64,000 nucleotides of DNA from Octopus vulgaris. Its lineage: Eukaryota. The translations under genes and the position numbers were made by a program. The notes beneath the pieces were generated by a model. It had not been told where the DNA came from. It saw nothing but the letters and a program-made list of their open reading frames with translations, and did not search any database. Location of the stretch: NCBI GenBank assembly GCA_951406725.2, contig OX597815.1, positions 111,972,001 to 112,036,000 of the forward strand. Reading direction: 5' to 3'. Below are positions 53,054 through 64,000 of the stretch, piece after piece. The stretch's first letter is position 1. The number at the start of each line of letters is the position of its first letter.

Positions 53054-53504
53054 GTAGGTTTGTATAAAGTTACGCATAAAATAGACGAAACTAATAGGTT
53101 AAATGCTCCTATTTATTATAGGCTTACAGCTTTTTCGGATATATATTTGGTTGCGTCTATATTCGGATCAAAACAATGATTCCAAATTCTCTTTTCAAAC
53201 CTTGTTATTGCCAGCGCAAAATATACACTGTTGACGACATAAACGTTTAAAAGCTGGGTTTAAAAGCGTTTAAAAGCGAGCAATAATTACATTTTAACGT
53301 TTGAACTTGAAGTAGAGAGTTGCCATTTGTCCGTTCCAGTTTCCAAATTAAGCAAAAGAATAATGGCGCGTAAATATTGGATTAAAAAAACATTCAAAAA
53401 TTTTAATCGTAAATATTTAAAATCAGATAGCTGCATTTATTATTTGTAGATTAATTTACTTTGTGCTCAACAATTAAAAGGGAATTATTCCACATTCAAA
53501 GTTT

Positions 53505-53637
53505 AGGCGCATGTGTGGCTCTGTGTTAAGAAGCTTGCTTTCTAACAACATGGTTCCAACTTTAGTCCTACTGCGTGGCAACCTAGGAAAGTGTCTTGTG
53601 AGTGGATTTGGTAGGTGAAAACTGAAAGAAGCAGGTC

Positions 53638-53640
<3 letters not shown>
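53505..53640 (+). mobile_element. SINE family A 5' half (tRNA-like head)
   Basis: aggcgca..gtggct.tgtg.taagaagcttgctt...ctgcgtggca..cttgtgagtggatttggtag. Confidence 0.75.
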
Positions 53641-53671
<31 letters not shown>

Positions 53672-53726
53672 TCTTTCATTCTTTTATATGTTTCAGCCCA
53701 GAGGCAGCGGCCATCCTGGGGCACCG

Positions 53727-53782
<56 letters not shown>

Positions 53783-53880
53783 ATAAGATTAGCTCGTATA
53801 CGAGTGGGTATATATTTGTAAAAAATGAAGTTTGAAAATGCTGCTATATTAGACAAATTTTAATTTTTACATATACATTA

Positions 53881-53930
53881 TTTATTTAACATGTTTCGGT
53901 TTTTGAAATGACGAACCTTATCAAAAAAAA
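53881..53930 (-). ncRNA. Hammerhead-like motif with U3-A8 core
   Basis: Minus strand: tttttt-TTGATAA-ggtt-cgtcatttcaaa-aacc-GAAA-CATG-TT-aaataaa. Confidence 0.55.
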
Positions 53931-54405
53931 TTATATAAAAAAAAGATAGTTCATGCTATCAAATATAAAAAATTCATATATAATATTCAATAGAGTCAGA
54001 CATAAAAAAAATCATATATAGTAAAGTGAGTCCATGCTATATGTTTAAAGAGTATGATGTAGTAGTTCATAGTGGTGATATGCATTCAATATGAAAAATT
54101 CATGTTCTTGGAAAAGCGAGGAATTCATTTTAGATTTTACCTTGTGTTCCAATGGGAGCAACTGTAATGACTTTTGGTTGGTGTCTGTTCGTATAGTTTT
54201 GGTGAATTTTGTGAATTGTTTGGGTTTTATATCAGTTCAGCTTAGCTGTCTCACTTGCATTTTTCACTGACGTGATATAGTTCCCAACCAATCAAAACTC
54301 AGTCTCAACGAATATATCTTGTTAGGAAACCAACCAAGCAGAACGACCGTTTGGCCACGGAAAAAATGTCATCCTTGTTTTTGACGGATTGAAATTAGAT
54401 CTGAT

Positions 54406-54768
54406 CCATGACTGTATCCTGTTAGGTGGCTAGTCCAGCGGAACGATACGTCATCAATGTTTTGACCAATCATCTCGTTAGGTGGCTAGTCCAGCAGAAC
54501 GGGACGTCATCAATGTTTTGACCAATCATCCCGTTAGGTGGCTAGTCCAGCAGAACGAGACGTCATCAATGTTTTGACCAATCAGAATCGGGTCTGACCT
54601 ATAGCTGTATTAGATATGACCCATGACTGTATCCTGTTAGGTGGCTAGTCCAGCGGAACGAGACGTCATCAATGTTTTGACCAATCATCCCGTTAGGTGG
54701 CTAGTCCAGCAGAACGAGACGTCATCAATGTTTTGACCAATCAGAATCGGGTCTGACCCTTAGCTGCA
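54406..54768. repeat. Tandem 56-bp unit x5 in a two-block higher-order duplication
   Basis: gttaggtggctagtccagc.gaacg..acgtcatcaatgttttgaccaatca starts at 54421, 54477, 54533, 54636, 54692. Confidence 0.95.
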
Positions 54769-54771
54769 TCG

Positions 54772-54814
<43 letters not shown>

Positions 54815-55183
54815 GGTACAAGCAATTAAAATTCAAGTGAGTTCTGTTGAATTCACATGAATATGGTACTTAACTTGGATGCACCAGAAATATATATGGT
54901 GTTAACCATACGACAAAGTGGGGTGATTATAAATAGGAAAAAAGCAACAAGAATGGTAATACTAAAAGAACTTTTAGAAATCATTTCAATCTCATTTTTA
55001 TAGAACTGTCCATGATGTTTCACGAGTGTAACATCACCCCCTTTGATGTTTAGGGATCTCAGATGTTGTTTCGACTGATGAGTACGAGTCACCTATATTT
55101 ACTGCAATTTTTGTAGCCTTATTAAATATGTATTCGTACGAAACAATTGTACCGAAATATTGATCCATTCTTGTTGCTTTTTT

Positions 55184-55229
<46 letters not shown>

Positions 55230-55841
55230 CACTTGTATGTATGAATATATGCATGTATATATATATATATGTTTGTGGTTGCCCCATCACCACCGCTTGT
55301 CAACCGGTGTTGGTGTGTCTACGTTCCAGTAAACTAGCGATTCAGCAAAAGAAATCCAATAGAATACTAGACGAACACCAAATGTATCCAAATGGATACA
55401 TTTGTATACGTTTTGTGTTCGTCTGGTATGTTGATTTTTTGTTCATTTTTATGTGTCATGATTATGCCTGCAATAACGATTAAAAAGTGCATTTTGTGCA
55501 CTACTTATGAAATCATATGATCTGTGGCTGAATCCGTTTTTTAAAGGATCACTTCAAGAGTTGCATAACCTAGCATTCGGTACAATGTGTTGTTTTGACT
55601 ATAGTAGATTTGACTTGAAGAGTCTCTCCTAGCGTGAGGCATTTATGTATATTAATGCTCTTAATATAAATAAAAAATATACACATATATATATATATAT
55701 ACATATAGGGGTAGAATTCACAAATTTAAAAAAAGCACAGACAGGTGGTGTATACAACAAACATGCATTAGGTTATCGTTCGGGAAGTGAAAAATTCTTT
55801 AACGTTTCGAGCCTACACTCTTCCACAGAAGGGAACAAATA

Positions 55842-55978
55842 TCAGGTGCTTTTATGGCTAAGGATTCTACGACCCCTATTTCCAGCAATGCTGGTGCTCA
55901 ATGCACCCTTATAACACTTAGTGACGGTGAATTATTTTCTTGTTGGATTTAAATTCCCGCTAGTCACACTGATTATTT

Positions 55979-55980
<2 letters not shown>
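55842..55980 (+). mobile_element. 3' tail of a (TA)n-associated element; inverted partner of 56707-56846
   Basis: Reverse complement aligns to 56707-56846 over ~140 bp (roughly 80% by eye). Confidence 0.8.
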
Positions 55981-56010
<30 letters not shown>

Positions 56011-56021
<11 letters not shown>

Positions 56022-56186
56022 ATTCGAGACAAAACCACTATTTTAAAACCAAACAAGGAAAGACTTAATCAATACATAAAATTTTAATATAAATTTTATT
56101 TAATTTATATTAAAATTTTATGTATTGATTAAGTCTTTCCTTGTTTGGTTTTAAAATAGTGGTTTTGTCTCGAATTATATTATATA
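56011..56186. repeat. Perfect palindrome (85-bp arms, 6-nt loop) heading a (TA)n-flanked insert that ends ~56268
   Basis: 56011-56095 is the exact reverse complement of 56102-56186. Confidence 0.97.
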
Positions 56187-56289
56187 ACATTTACTATAAA
56201 ATTGGATTTAACCCTAAATCTGATTTTTCCCTGTAATTTTGGATTCATTCCCTAATATTTATTATTATATATATATATATATATATATC

Positions 56290-56590
56290 ATGTAATCACG
56301 TGACCAAACAGGTTATCAGATGTTACTTGACATTGCTGGTCACAATGCGCTTCGCATTTTCGCATTGTTTTAGCCTTCAAATGACACCACCACGCTGGCT
56401 AAGTGAGCAGGCCATCTGGAGAAAGAGTGAGAGAAATTTGCGGCGAAAGAGTACAGCAGGGATTGTCACCACCCCTGGCGGAGCCTCGTCGAGCTTTAGG
56501 TGATTTCTCTCAATGAACACTCACGACGCCCGGTCTGGGAATCGAAACCACGAGTCCGCTGCCCTAACCACTGGGCCATTGCGCCTCCAC
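56290..56590 (-). mobile_element. Near full-length tRNA-derived SINE (family D)
   Basis: Minus strand gtggaggcgcaaTGGCCCAGTGGttagggcagcggactcgtGGTTTCGATTCCCagaccggg (A and B boxes); microsatellite flanks. Confidence 0.85.
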
Positions 56591-56628
56591 ACACACAAAA
56601 CGCACATACATACACACACATACACACA

Positions 56629-56706
<78 letters not shown>

Positions 56707-56709
<3 letters not shown>

Positions 56710-56960
56710 AATAATCAGGGTGGCTAGCGGGAATTTAAAACCAACAAAGAAATAATTCAACGTCACTAAGAGTGACAAGGGTGCGGTTAGCACTAACATT
56801 GCTAGAAACGGGAGTCGTAGACACCTTACCAATAAAAGCACATGGTCTCTTTGTATTGACAGGGGAGAAAACCCTTCCCACTATGAACGAGATGCATTAG
56901 ATTAGCATGCTAATTTCGTATAGGAAATTAATGCTCATCACAGAGTATGATCAAGCCCTA
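56707..56960 (-). mobile_element. PLE pseudo-LTR-like tail with degenerate hammerhead, 3' end at (TA)n
   Basis: Homologous to 55842-55980; hammerhead-like motif at 56895-56947. Confidence 0.55.
56895..56947 (-). ncRNA. Degenerate hammerhead-like motif
   Basis: Minus strand: GTGATGA-gcat-taatttcct-atac-GAAA-ttagCATGctaa-TC; C3 replaced by G, stem I not evident. Confidence 0.45.
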
Positions 56961-57569
56961 CTACTAAAAAAAAAATAGGCTATCCTTCGCATATCCACGT
57001 AATCTGCAATGGTTTTTGTGAACATGTGGTTTGTACAATTTTCGTGGGTAGGAAGGAGGCACGACATTTGATAGCAGTATCTTATAACCATACTTTGTTT
57101 ATGGGAATCGCAGCCATTGTAGTTTAACATTTGTTACTGGCCTGTTCTCAATTCATGGAAATATTGCTTATAATTAAAAACCTTGGTATTAAAACTTAGA
57201 ACGTAGTAACACTACATTGATAGGCGACGTATTGGAGTGGGATGAATAACCGAGATAAGTGATGGAACGATGGTCGGAATTTGATAAGTTCACAACTTGA
57301 AATTCATTTATTCGTTATTTAATTAAAGACTGCTGCTTTGGCTGTGCAGATTTAATCATGAGTAGAATATATAAATATACCGTATATCATGTTATGACAT
57401 TTACTTCAATTAGTTGTTATATACTTTATTACATTAATTAAGAAAATAATTATTCTAATAAGTAACTAAATAATTAAATTAAATTAGACTAAGAAAATAG
57501 GAAGTACACCATGATACTAATTTAATAATTTTGCATAATTTTAATTTGTAAATACATTTTATATATTCC

Positions 57570-57900
57570 TCCAACTGGCTGGCCAAGATTACCCTGCCAG
57601 AGTGCAGCGGCTTATTGACGTCTTGCTCGGGTTCAGCGTCTTGATCAGGTCAACCAAGGTGGGGGGCTCCACTGCATGCAGCGGTAGCATGTTATCGAAC
57701 ATTAGGTCTACAATCCGTCTCGCCACCATAGACTGACGGACGCTAATGGCAGCAGTTTGGGCAAACGCCTCGCCAATACTGAGCTGATTTGCTTTCTTTG
57801 CACGTGGCTGCGACGACTGGCTACTGGTACATCTACAAGAAGATTGTCTGTGTTACCCACAGGGAAAAGAAGGCCTTTATCCTCTCCTCAAACTTGATGA
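57570..57900 (-). mobile_element. hAT (Ac/Tol2-like) transposase fragment
   Basis: QSMVARRIVDLMFDNMLPLHAVEPPTLVDLIKTLNPSKTSISRCTL matches the hAT D(M/L)xPxxxVE..LxP..SRxT DNA-binding motif. Confidence 0.7.
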
Positions 57901-58014
57901 AATGTGTTTTGTGTTTCCTCTTGACATTTGTAGAGAGTTGCCATTTGTCCCTTCCGGTTTCCAAATTAGGCAAAAACGCCAATCCGCGCCTATATATATA
58001 TATTATATATATAT

Positions 58015-58079
<65 letters not shown>

Positions 58080-58082
58080 TTA

Positions 58083-58700
58083 CGAGGTTTTCTGAAAACA
58101 ATCCAAAAGGGTTTTATTAAGTATCATAGGTCGTTGAAATCATAGATATTGGTCGGGAAACTTTTCCCTATTCAAAGGCTCTCTTCAACATAGTGTCTAT
58201 CACAAGCAATACATTTGCGCCATGGCTAAACCTAACAGTCAAGTTATCCTCAACAAATTCTGGTGTGCCCTGTTGTAGTCACTATGTCACATGGATTTTT
58301 ATCTCTTCTGCGTTATCATTTGTTGTCTCCAAAGAGTGTCCTGGGCACACAAAGATTTAGTGAATGTGGATGTTTTTAAGGCACCTGTTTGATGTCTTCC
58401 TTTAATTATTTTATCTAAGCCAATTCACCATCATATACCGCTAGTGGTTTATCACACAAAGGCATTTCAGAAAATCAAAGACAATCATGCTCTTTTCACC
58501 CCCAAATCTGTGACTATGACACCAAAGTCGATGACTGACTCCTCTTAAAGTCTTACACTTTGGAGAAAAGTAAAGGTAAGATTTCATGGACAAAGTTTTC
58601 TTTACCGGAGCATAGAATACCGCAAAATTTAATCCAGTGTGGAAAGATCGAATAAAAAAAAACTGCTTTTATCGGTTTCAAGGCCTTCAGCAAAGAAGAA
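58083..58700 (-). mobile_element. Highly decayed mariner relic
   Basis: ta-cgagg... TIR-like end at 58081; WRKCIACDRHYVEE C-terminal motif. Confidence 0.5.
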
Positions 58701-59688
58701 CAGACTTCAGCACTACTTTGCACGCAATTTCTGATACCCACTCTTCCAACTTCGTCTGTAATGCATTGTGACTGTACTCTGGTTATGCATCAAGTTCTCG
58801 GTGAGAGACCGCGAAAATTAACAGGTCCTCTGACAGGCAAATTGTGCTAATAGTCTCAGTTGATGTCATTCCACCGTGTAATTTGTCGTCAGAGAGGGTT
58901 TTCTACTTTCATGCAACTATAAACATTGTTCTTCCCTTTGATGCCACTTCAGTTAACAAATTTCTTTACATGCCGAGCGACCAGTAAACTTAGTTTGTCA
59001 AGAAACCAATTTACGTCATGTTCTTTGTATGGAACTACTTATTTGCCTGCAAAAAACATAAAGATGTGTTATTTCAAAGAACATAAGGATGGGTTATTTC
59101 AAAAATGAACAATTTCGATGACATATTTCAATTAATAAATAATTCTGTATTACTTTTCAATTTGAAAGTTGTTCATTCGACATTTATTTTAACATCAACT
59201 TGAAACGTAGACAGTGGGTAAAACCTCTGGCTTTCTCTAGTCAAACGGAAAGATATGAAAGAACTGCCATCAAACGCTTAAGCCTCCAAATACAAAATCA
59301 TACCTTGTTTCACTCCAACTCTGTTTAGCTTTCGAATAGGAAAAATCGCTATGCACGTTTATTACTAAAGCTCTATATACTGCAATCTTCCTGATGTAAA
59401 ACTACATCATCTGATAGAAAAAATATAAACAAATTTTTCAGATTTCCATAAAATAATTTCAGATTCAATATCATGAATAGATGAAATTAAAATCGAAGTA
59501 AGTATATATGTTTTGAATTTTATTATTTTTATCGTTAATCGACGAAATAAATACGAAATAGATTAAACATGATTCGTACGGAATAGATAATTAAGTATGA
59601 AATACGTTTGCTGACTCACAAAGGGATAATAGATGAAGCATTCATAAACGTATATATGGAGATAGGTAGATAAATAGATAGATCGATT

Positions 59689-59738
<50 letters not shown>

Positions 59739-59739
59739 C

Positions 59740-59798
<59 letters not shown>

Positions 59799-59809
59799 AG
59801 GAGTGCATG

Positions 59810-60022
59810 CCTTATTTTATTGTACCCATGATCATGAGATTGTGAGTTCGATTCTCGGAGCCGGCGACGCTTTATGTTCTGCAGCAAAACACTTCGTTAT
59901 ACGTTGCTCCAGTCCAATCCGTTGGTTAAAATAAGTACACATATGACAGACAAGCGTCCAACCCAGAAGCACAGAAGCTTTTCAACGCCACGGATTTCGG
60001 GAAACCTAACTTATGCACCTAG
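59810..60022 (+). mobile_element. tRNA-derived SINE (family E), decayed
   Basis: gtgagttcgattc B-box followed by gcaaaacacttc.tt..acgttgctccagtcc. Confidence 0.6.
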
Positions 60023-60063
60023 GTATTTATATAAATATATATATATGTACTCATGTATCCATT

Positions 60064-60129
<66 letters not shown>

Positions 60130-60258
60130 TATGTTTGTGCATATAATGAGTATATATATAAATTTAACATATACAGACATATTTTTCATACACATAATTA
60201 TAAATCAAAACGTTATAAATAGGTGTATACGTGTGTGCATGTATACATATATATTTAT

Positions 60259-60293
<35 letters not shown>

Positions 60294-60599
60294 ACACCAC
60301 CGATTCTATTCATATATCTCTTCATAGGCAACATATATAAGAAGGAAGTCTAAGATGAAATTACACACATTTTCTTTACTATGCACAAAATACAACTGTT
60401 TTTAGTTTCCGGATCTTCCTTAGTTCCAACTTTTTGACGTACATTTCTTAATATTTGATAATATATACACATCTAAACATACACATCGAAACAGGTAGTA
60501 TTTTATAAAACGTCACTCTCAAAGAAAAAAGTATAAAATAATATTTAAACATATTTTCGTGTTGTTTCTACCTTTATTTTTTAACTATATATTATTTTA

Positions 60600-61025
60600 T
60601 TCTTCAATCCTTTTATTTGCTTCAGTCATTCCACTGCTGCCATGCTGGAACACCGCCTTTAGTCGCGGAAATCAACCCCAGTACTTATATAAGCCTAGTA
60701 CTTATTTTATCGTTCTCTTTTGCCAATCCTCTAGGTTAAGGGGACGTAAACACACCAGCATCTTTTGGGATGTACAAACAAAGACATACAAACATACGCA
60801 CACATTCATATACATATATATATATGCGTGTGTGTGTGTGTGTATGTGTGTGTATGTGTACACGAAGGGCGTCTTTTCATTTCCGTCTCCCAAATCCACT
60901 CACAAGGCTTTGGTCGGCCTGAAGCTATAGTAGAAGACACTTGCCCAAGATGCCACGCAATGAGACTAAACCCGGAACCATGTTGTTGTTAAGCAAGATA
61001 CTTACCACACAGACAATCTTGCGCC

Positions 61026-61027
<2 letters not shown>
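60600..61027 (-). mobile_element. SINE family A, near full length
   Basis: Minus strand head caggcgca...tgtgtggtaag...catggttccggg...cttgggcaagtgtcttctactatagc, core, (CA)n and 3' tail. Confidence 0.88.
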
Positions 61028-61097
<70 letters not shown>

Positions 61098-61696
61098 TTC
61101 GATTAACTTTCCTGGAAGTTGTTAATTTGTGTTAGTATAAGTGTTTGCGTTTCTTCCCCCACACGTATAACCCAAAGTTTCAGTTGTCGTTATAGATGTT
61201 TTTATCTATCCAGTAGTGGATTTAATAATAAAACATAGAAACTAAAAATGAAAGAAAGAAAAATCAATTCATCTATATAATAGTCAATTTCATGTCACCT
61301 ACGTACGTTTCAATTCCAACCTTCATTCATATGTTACAATTAAAATTGCATTGTGAATTTAAAGTTAAAGGCAAGATTCACATATTTTCATAAATATTCA
61401 TCTACATCTTAATGGAAGGAGAGCACCTTACATACTGGTTAGCAGCATTTGAATGTGTATCAGCATGTGTGTCATTGGATTTTGTTCTAAAAAAAGCAAG
61501 AGGGGTTTAACTACGACCATACTGGACAATGGCTAGTTGCAGTCTTTAAGAACTAGGTCATAATTTTACTTCACTAATTCTAATATATATATATATATTT
61601 ATATAATGACATAATTATATAAATATATATATATATTATCTATATATATATATATATATATTTTATATATATTATATATATATATAAATATATATA

Positions 61697-61754
<58 letters not shown>

Positions 61755-61998
61755 ATATTTAAATATAAAATTATCTAATATTTATATCTATGTTTAACTG
61801 ATAAGATTGTCATACACCTATAATAGCCAATAGCTTCAGGCCGACCAAAGCCCCTCGTAATCAGCTGTGGAACTGAAATGTATATATATATGTATGTATA
61901 TTTATATACATAAACATGCAGAAACACATGCTGTATAATTTTAAATTTACATGTGTATAGATTATCTTTGCTCATTTTTGTATGTGTGCATACTTGTC

Positions 61999-62043
<45 letters not shown>

Positions 62044-62234
62044 GTGTGTGTGTGCGTGCGTGCGCGTGCGTGCGCGTGCGTGCATTTGCTTCAGTAGTAT
62101 ATATATATTTGAAGAGAGGAATAAAATGTCTTCTCTGATTATTTTCCACTTTGATATTAATTCTAATTACTAAAGAGGAAAATTGTCAGTAAAGCCATTT
62201 ATATTCACTTTTTAAATGTATAGACAGACTCACA

Positions 62235-62275
<41 letters not shown>

Positions 62276-62297
62276 ATATATGTATATATATACATAT

Positions 62298-63281
62298 ATT
62301 ACAATAAAAAATGCAGGCTCTTGCATGTTAATATTCTTAAGTTATTATGTCTGGAAAAGTAAAGGAGATTTCTACAGTACAATTTGCCTAATTCATCAGA
62401 TCTAAATGAAACTAAAAAGTACTTAAAATTAAAAATTCTACTATATTTAAAGTACTGTGGCTCAGAATAACACTTATTAAATTATTCTATATTTTATTAA
62501 GATAAAAATTATATAAACATTACTGGGTTCTCCAGATATAAGCCCAATGGATTTTAAGCCTATAGGTTCGTATCTAGAAATTCTTTTCATGTATAACCCC
62601 AGTAAGTTTTATTATTTTCAGAAAGACAATTATTTAATCAAAGTTATTTACGTCTGTATCTAAGCATATGGGCTTATTTTTGGAAAAATCATTATTTTAA
62701 AAATGAAATAATATCAGATTATTTTTTTATAAAATACAGTAGAATTCGGCTAATGAATCATCCATAGGAGAAAATTGAAAGTCAAGCATTAGGTGAAGTA
62801 ACCAATTAGCGAAAGAGGAATCAGGCTAATTCTACTGTATTAATGCTAAATAATAAATTTTACTTATGATTAATTTTTCAGATTAGCTTTTTTTATGTGA
62901 AAGAATTGACTGAGCCATTTACTGACCATTATACGACCATCAATGTTAAAAATAATATTACTATTTTAATTGTATATTTCAAAAGACATGATTTTAAAAA
63001 GTTTCCTGTTTAAATTTATTTTTGATTATTGTTGTACCATGTCTTTAAAGATTTGTATTTGTATTTTAGATTATCATAATAAATAAAAGAAATTATCTCA
63101 AAATTACCTTATATAATGTATTTTAATTTTAAACATTCTCGGCTGCAATATTTTAAGTACATTAGAATTTTAATTGCCATACTTTTTCGTTTCCTTTAGA
63201 TGTGACGAATTAGGCAAATTCTACTGTAGAAATCTGTACCTTTAAGATTAACATGCATGCCCTTGCATTTTCCATTGTAAT
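62298..63281. mobile_element. Long imperfect inverted-repeat (foldback/MITE-like) element with Tigger/pogo-like CAGTAG motifs
   Basis: 62298-62470 is the diverged reverse complement of ~63135-63281 (core tacagta.aatttgcctaattc.tca.atctaaa.gaaac.aaaaagta); inner 14-bp IR at 62733-62746/62828-62841. Confidence 0.65.
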
Positions 63282-64000
63282 CCACCTTTTGCCCAGGTAA
63301 TGCAGGAAAACTAATAAGTATTCCTTTGTTAATAAATATTGAATTATTTTTCATTGTTGATGATTGAATTAAAATGAGACTTTTATGTTGTGTACGAATG
63401 CGCCAAAAAATAAAGAGCGAAAATTCACAATGAAAAATAATTTTCTATATAATAGCGAATATTAATCTAATACTAATTTTATATAAAATCATGAGATAAC
63501 TGAGCCATATCTATACATAGTAAGAAGAGCTAGAAAGTAGTAGTATGAGAATGTATCAACTATATAGTAACAAGAGAATCTGATCGTATGAATAGTAAAG
63601 CTATGGCTAATATAATATTTTATAAAAGGCAAAATACCCAATGCATCCACTCTAAGGCAGCGGGAGCCACCTATCCTTGCTAGGATAAAGTTTTTTGTCA
63701 ACTTGCCTGAAAATAAAAAAAATTGAACCGTATTACTCTGAAATTCACCTTATTCTGTCAGAAAGCAAAAGCCTTGTCAACTTACCCTACGAAACAATTA
63801 TCTAAATTCTTCTACACTTATCATTGAATTAAAGTTTAAAAGAAACGAAAAAGTTATCGGAAAATCAGAAATTCTTACAAATTCGGTCGTAATGCTTTGC
63901 TTTCGTTTGTTTTATAAAAACAACTATTATGCAGAAAATGCCAGCTTCTAAATCATGTTATCTGATTTGGTGAAAATGATTAAACTTTAAACCTCTGTAA

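Larger units (their letters stand above)
53780..54772 (-). mobile_element. (TA)n-flanked PLE pseudo-LTR-like segment
   Basis: On the minus strand: CCAAT/CRE tandem array, then TATAAAA (~54226-54232), hammerhead-like motif and AT-rich tail; same order as 9800-10190. Confidence 0.6.

Noticed and set aside
54406-54768. CRISPR-like appearance of regularly spaced repeats
   Set aside because: Units are contiguous without unique spacers; eukaryotic context and no cas genes.
54853-55092. 79-aa minus ORF with a hydrophobic segment (possible membrane-protein exon)
   Set aside because: No family motif; hydrophobicity is expected from T-rich sequence.
56520-56590. Candidate tRNA gene
   Set aside because: A/B boxes present but anticodon arm truncated and followed by a SINE body; it is a SINE head.

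Overview
AT-rich, microsatellite-dense eukaryotic intergenic/intronic DNA. The SINE families and repeat landscape look like an Octopus (cephalopod) genome; this is an inference from recognising repeats, not a database result. I can support no host protein-coding gene, and most ORF-track entries are translated microsatellites. The window is mostly transposable elements: (i) a 5'-truncated Neptune-type Penelope-like element (PLE; RT + C-terminal GIY-YIG, 6479-10190) with an overlapping upstream ORF and a 3' pseudo-LTR; (ii) about eight R4/Dong-like (RLE) LINE pieces, several sitting in (AAT)n; (iii) a CR1/L2-group LINE with an open 651-aa RT frame, plus a decayed relative; (iv) a full-length mariner with perfect 37-bp TIRs and two more mariner relics; (v) hAT (Charlie-like and Ac/Tol2-like), Chapaev3-like and Helitron relics; (vi) many tRNA-derived SINEs. 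The most interesting signal is non-coding. At least four hammerhead-ribozyme-like folds with palindromic stem III lie in (TA)n-bounded PLE/pseudo-LTR pieces: one has a fully canonical core (1754-1837) and one a compensated U3-A8 core (53881-53930). Two (TA)n inserts start with long fold-back palindromes (1621, 56011), and a third palindrome abuts a hAT end (52990). The PLE ORF1/ORF2 overlap contains a U-UUU-UUU heptamer placed for a -1 frameshift. All structures and alignments were read by eye, and the boundaries of decayed elements are approximate.
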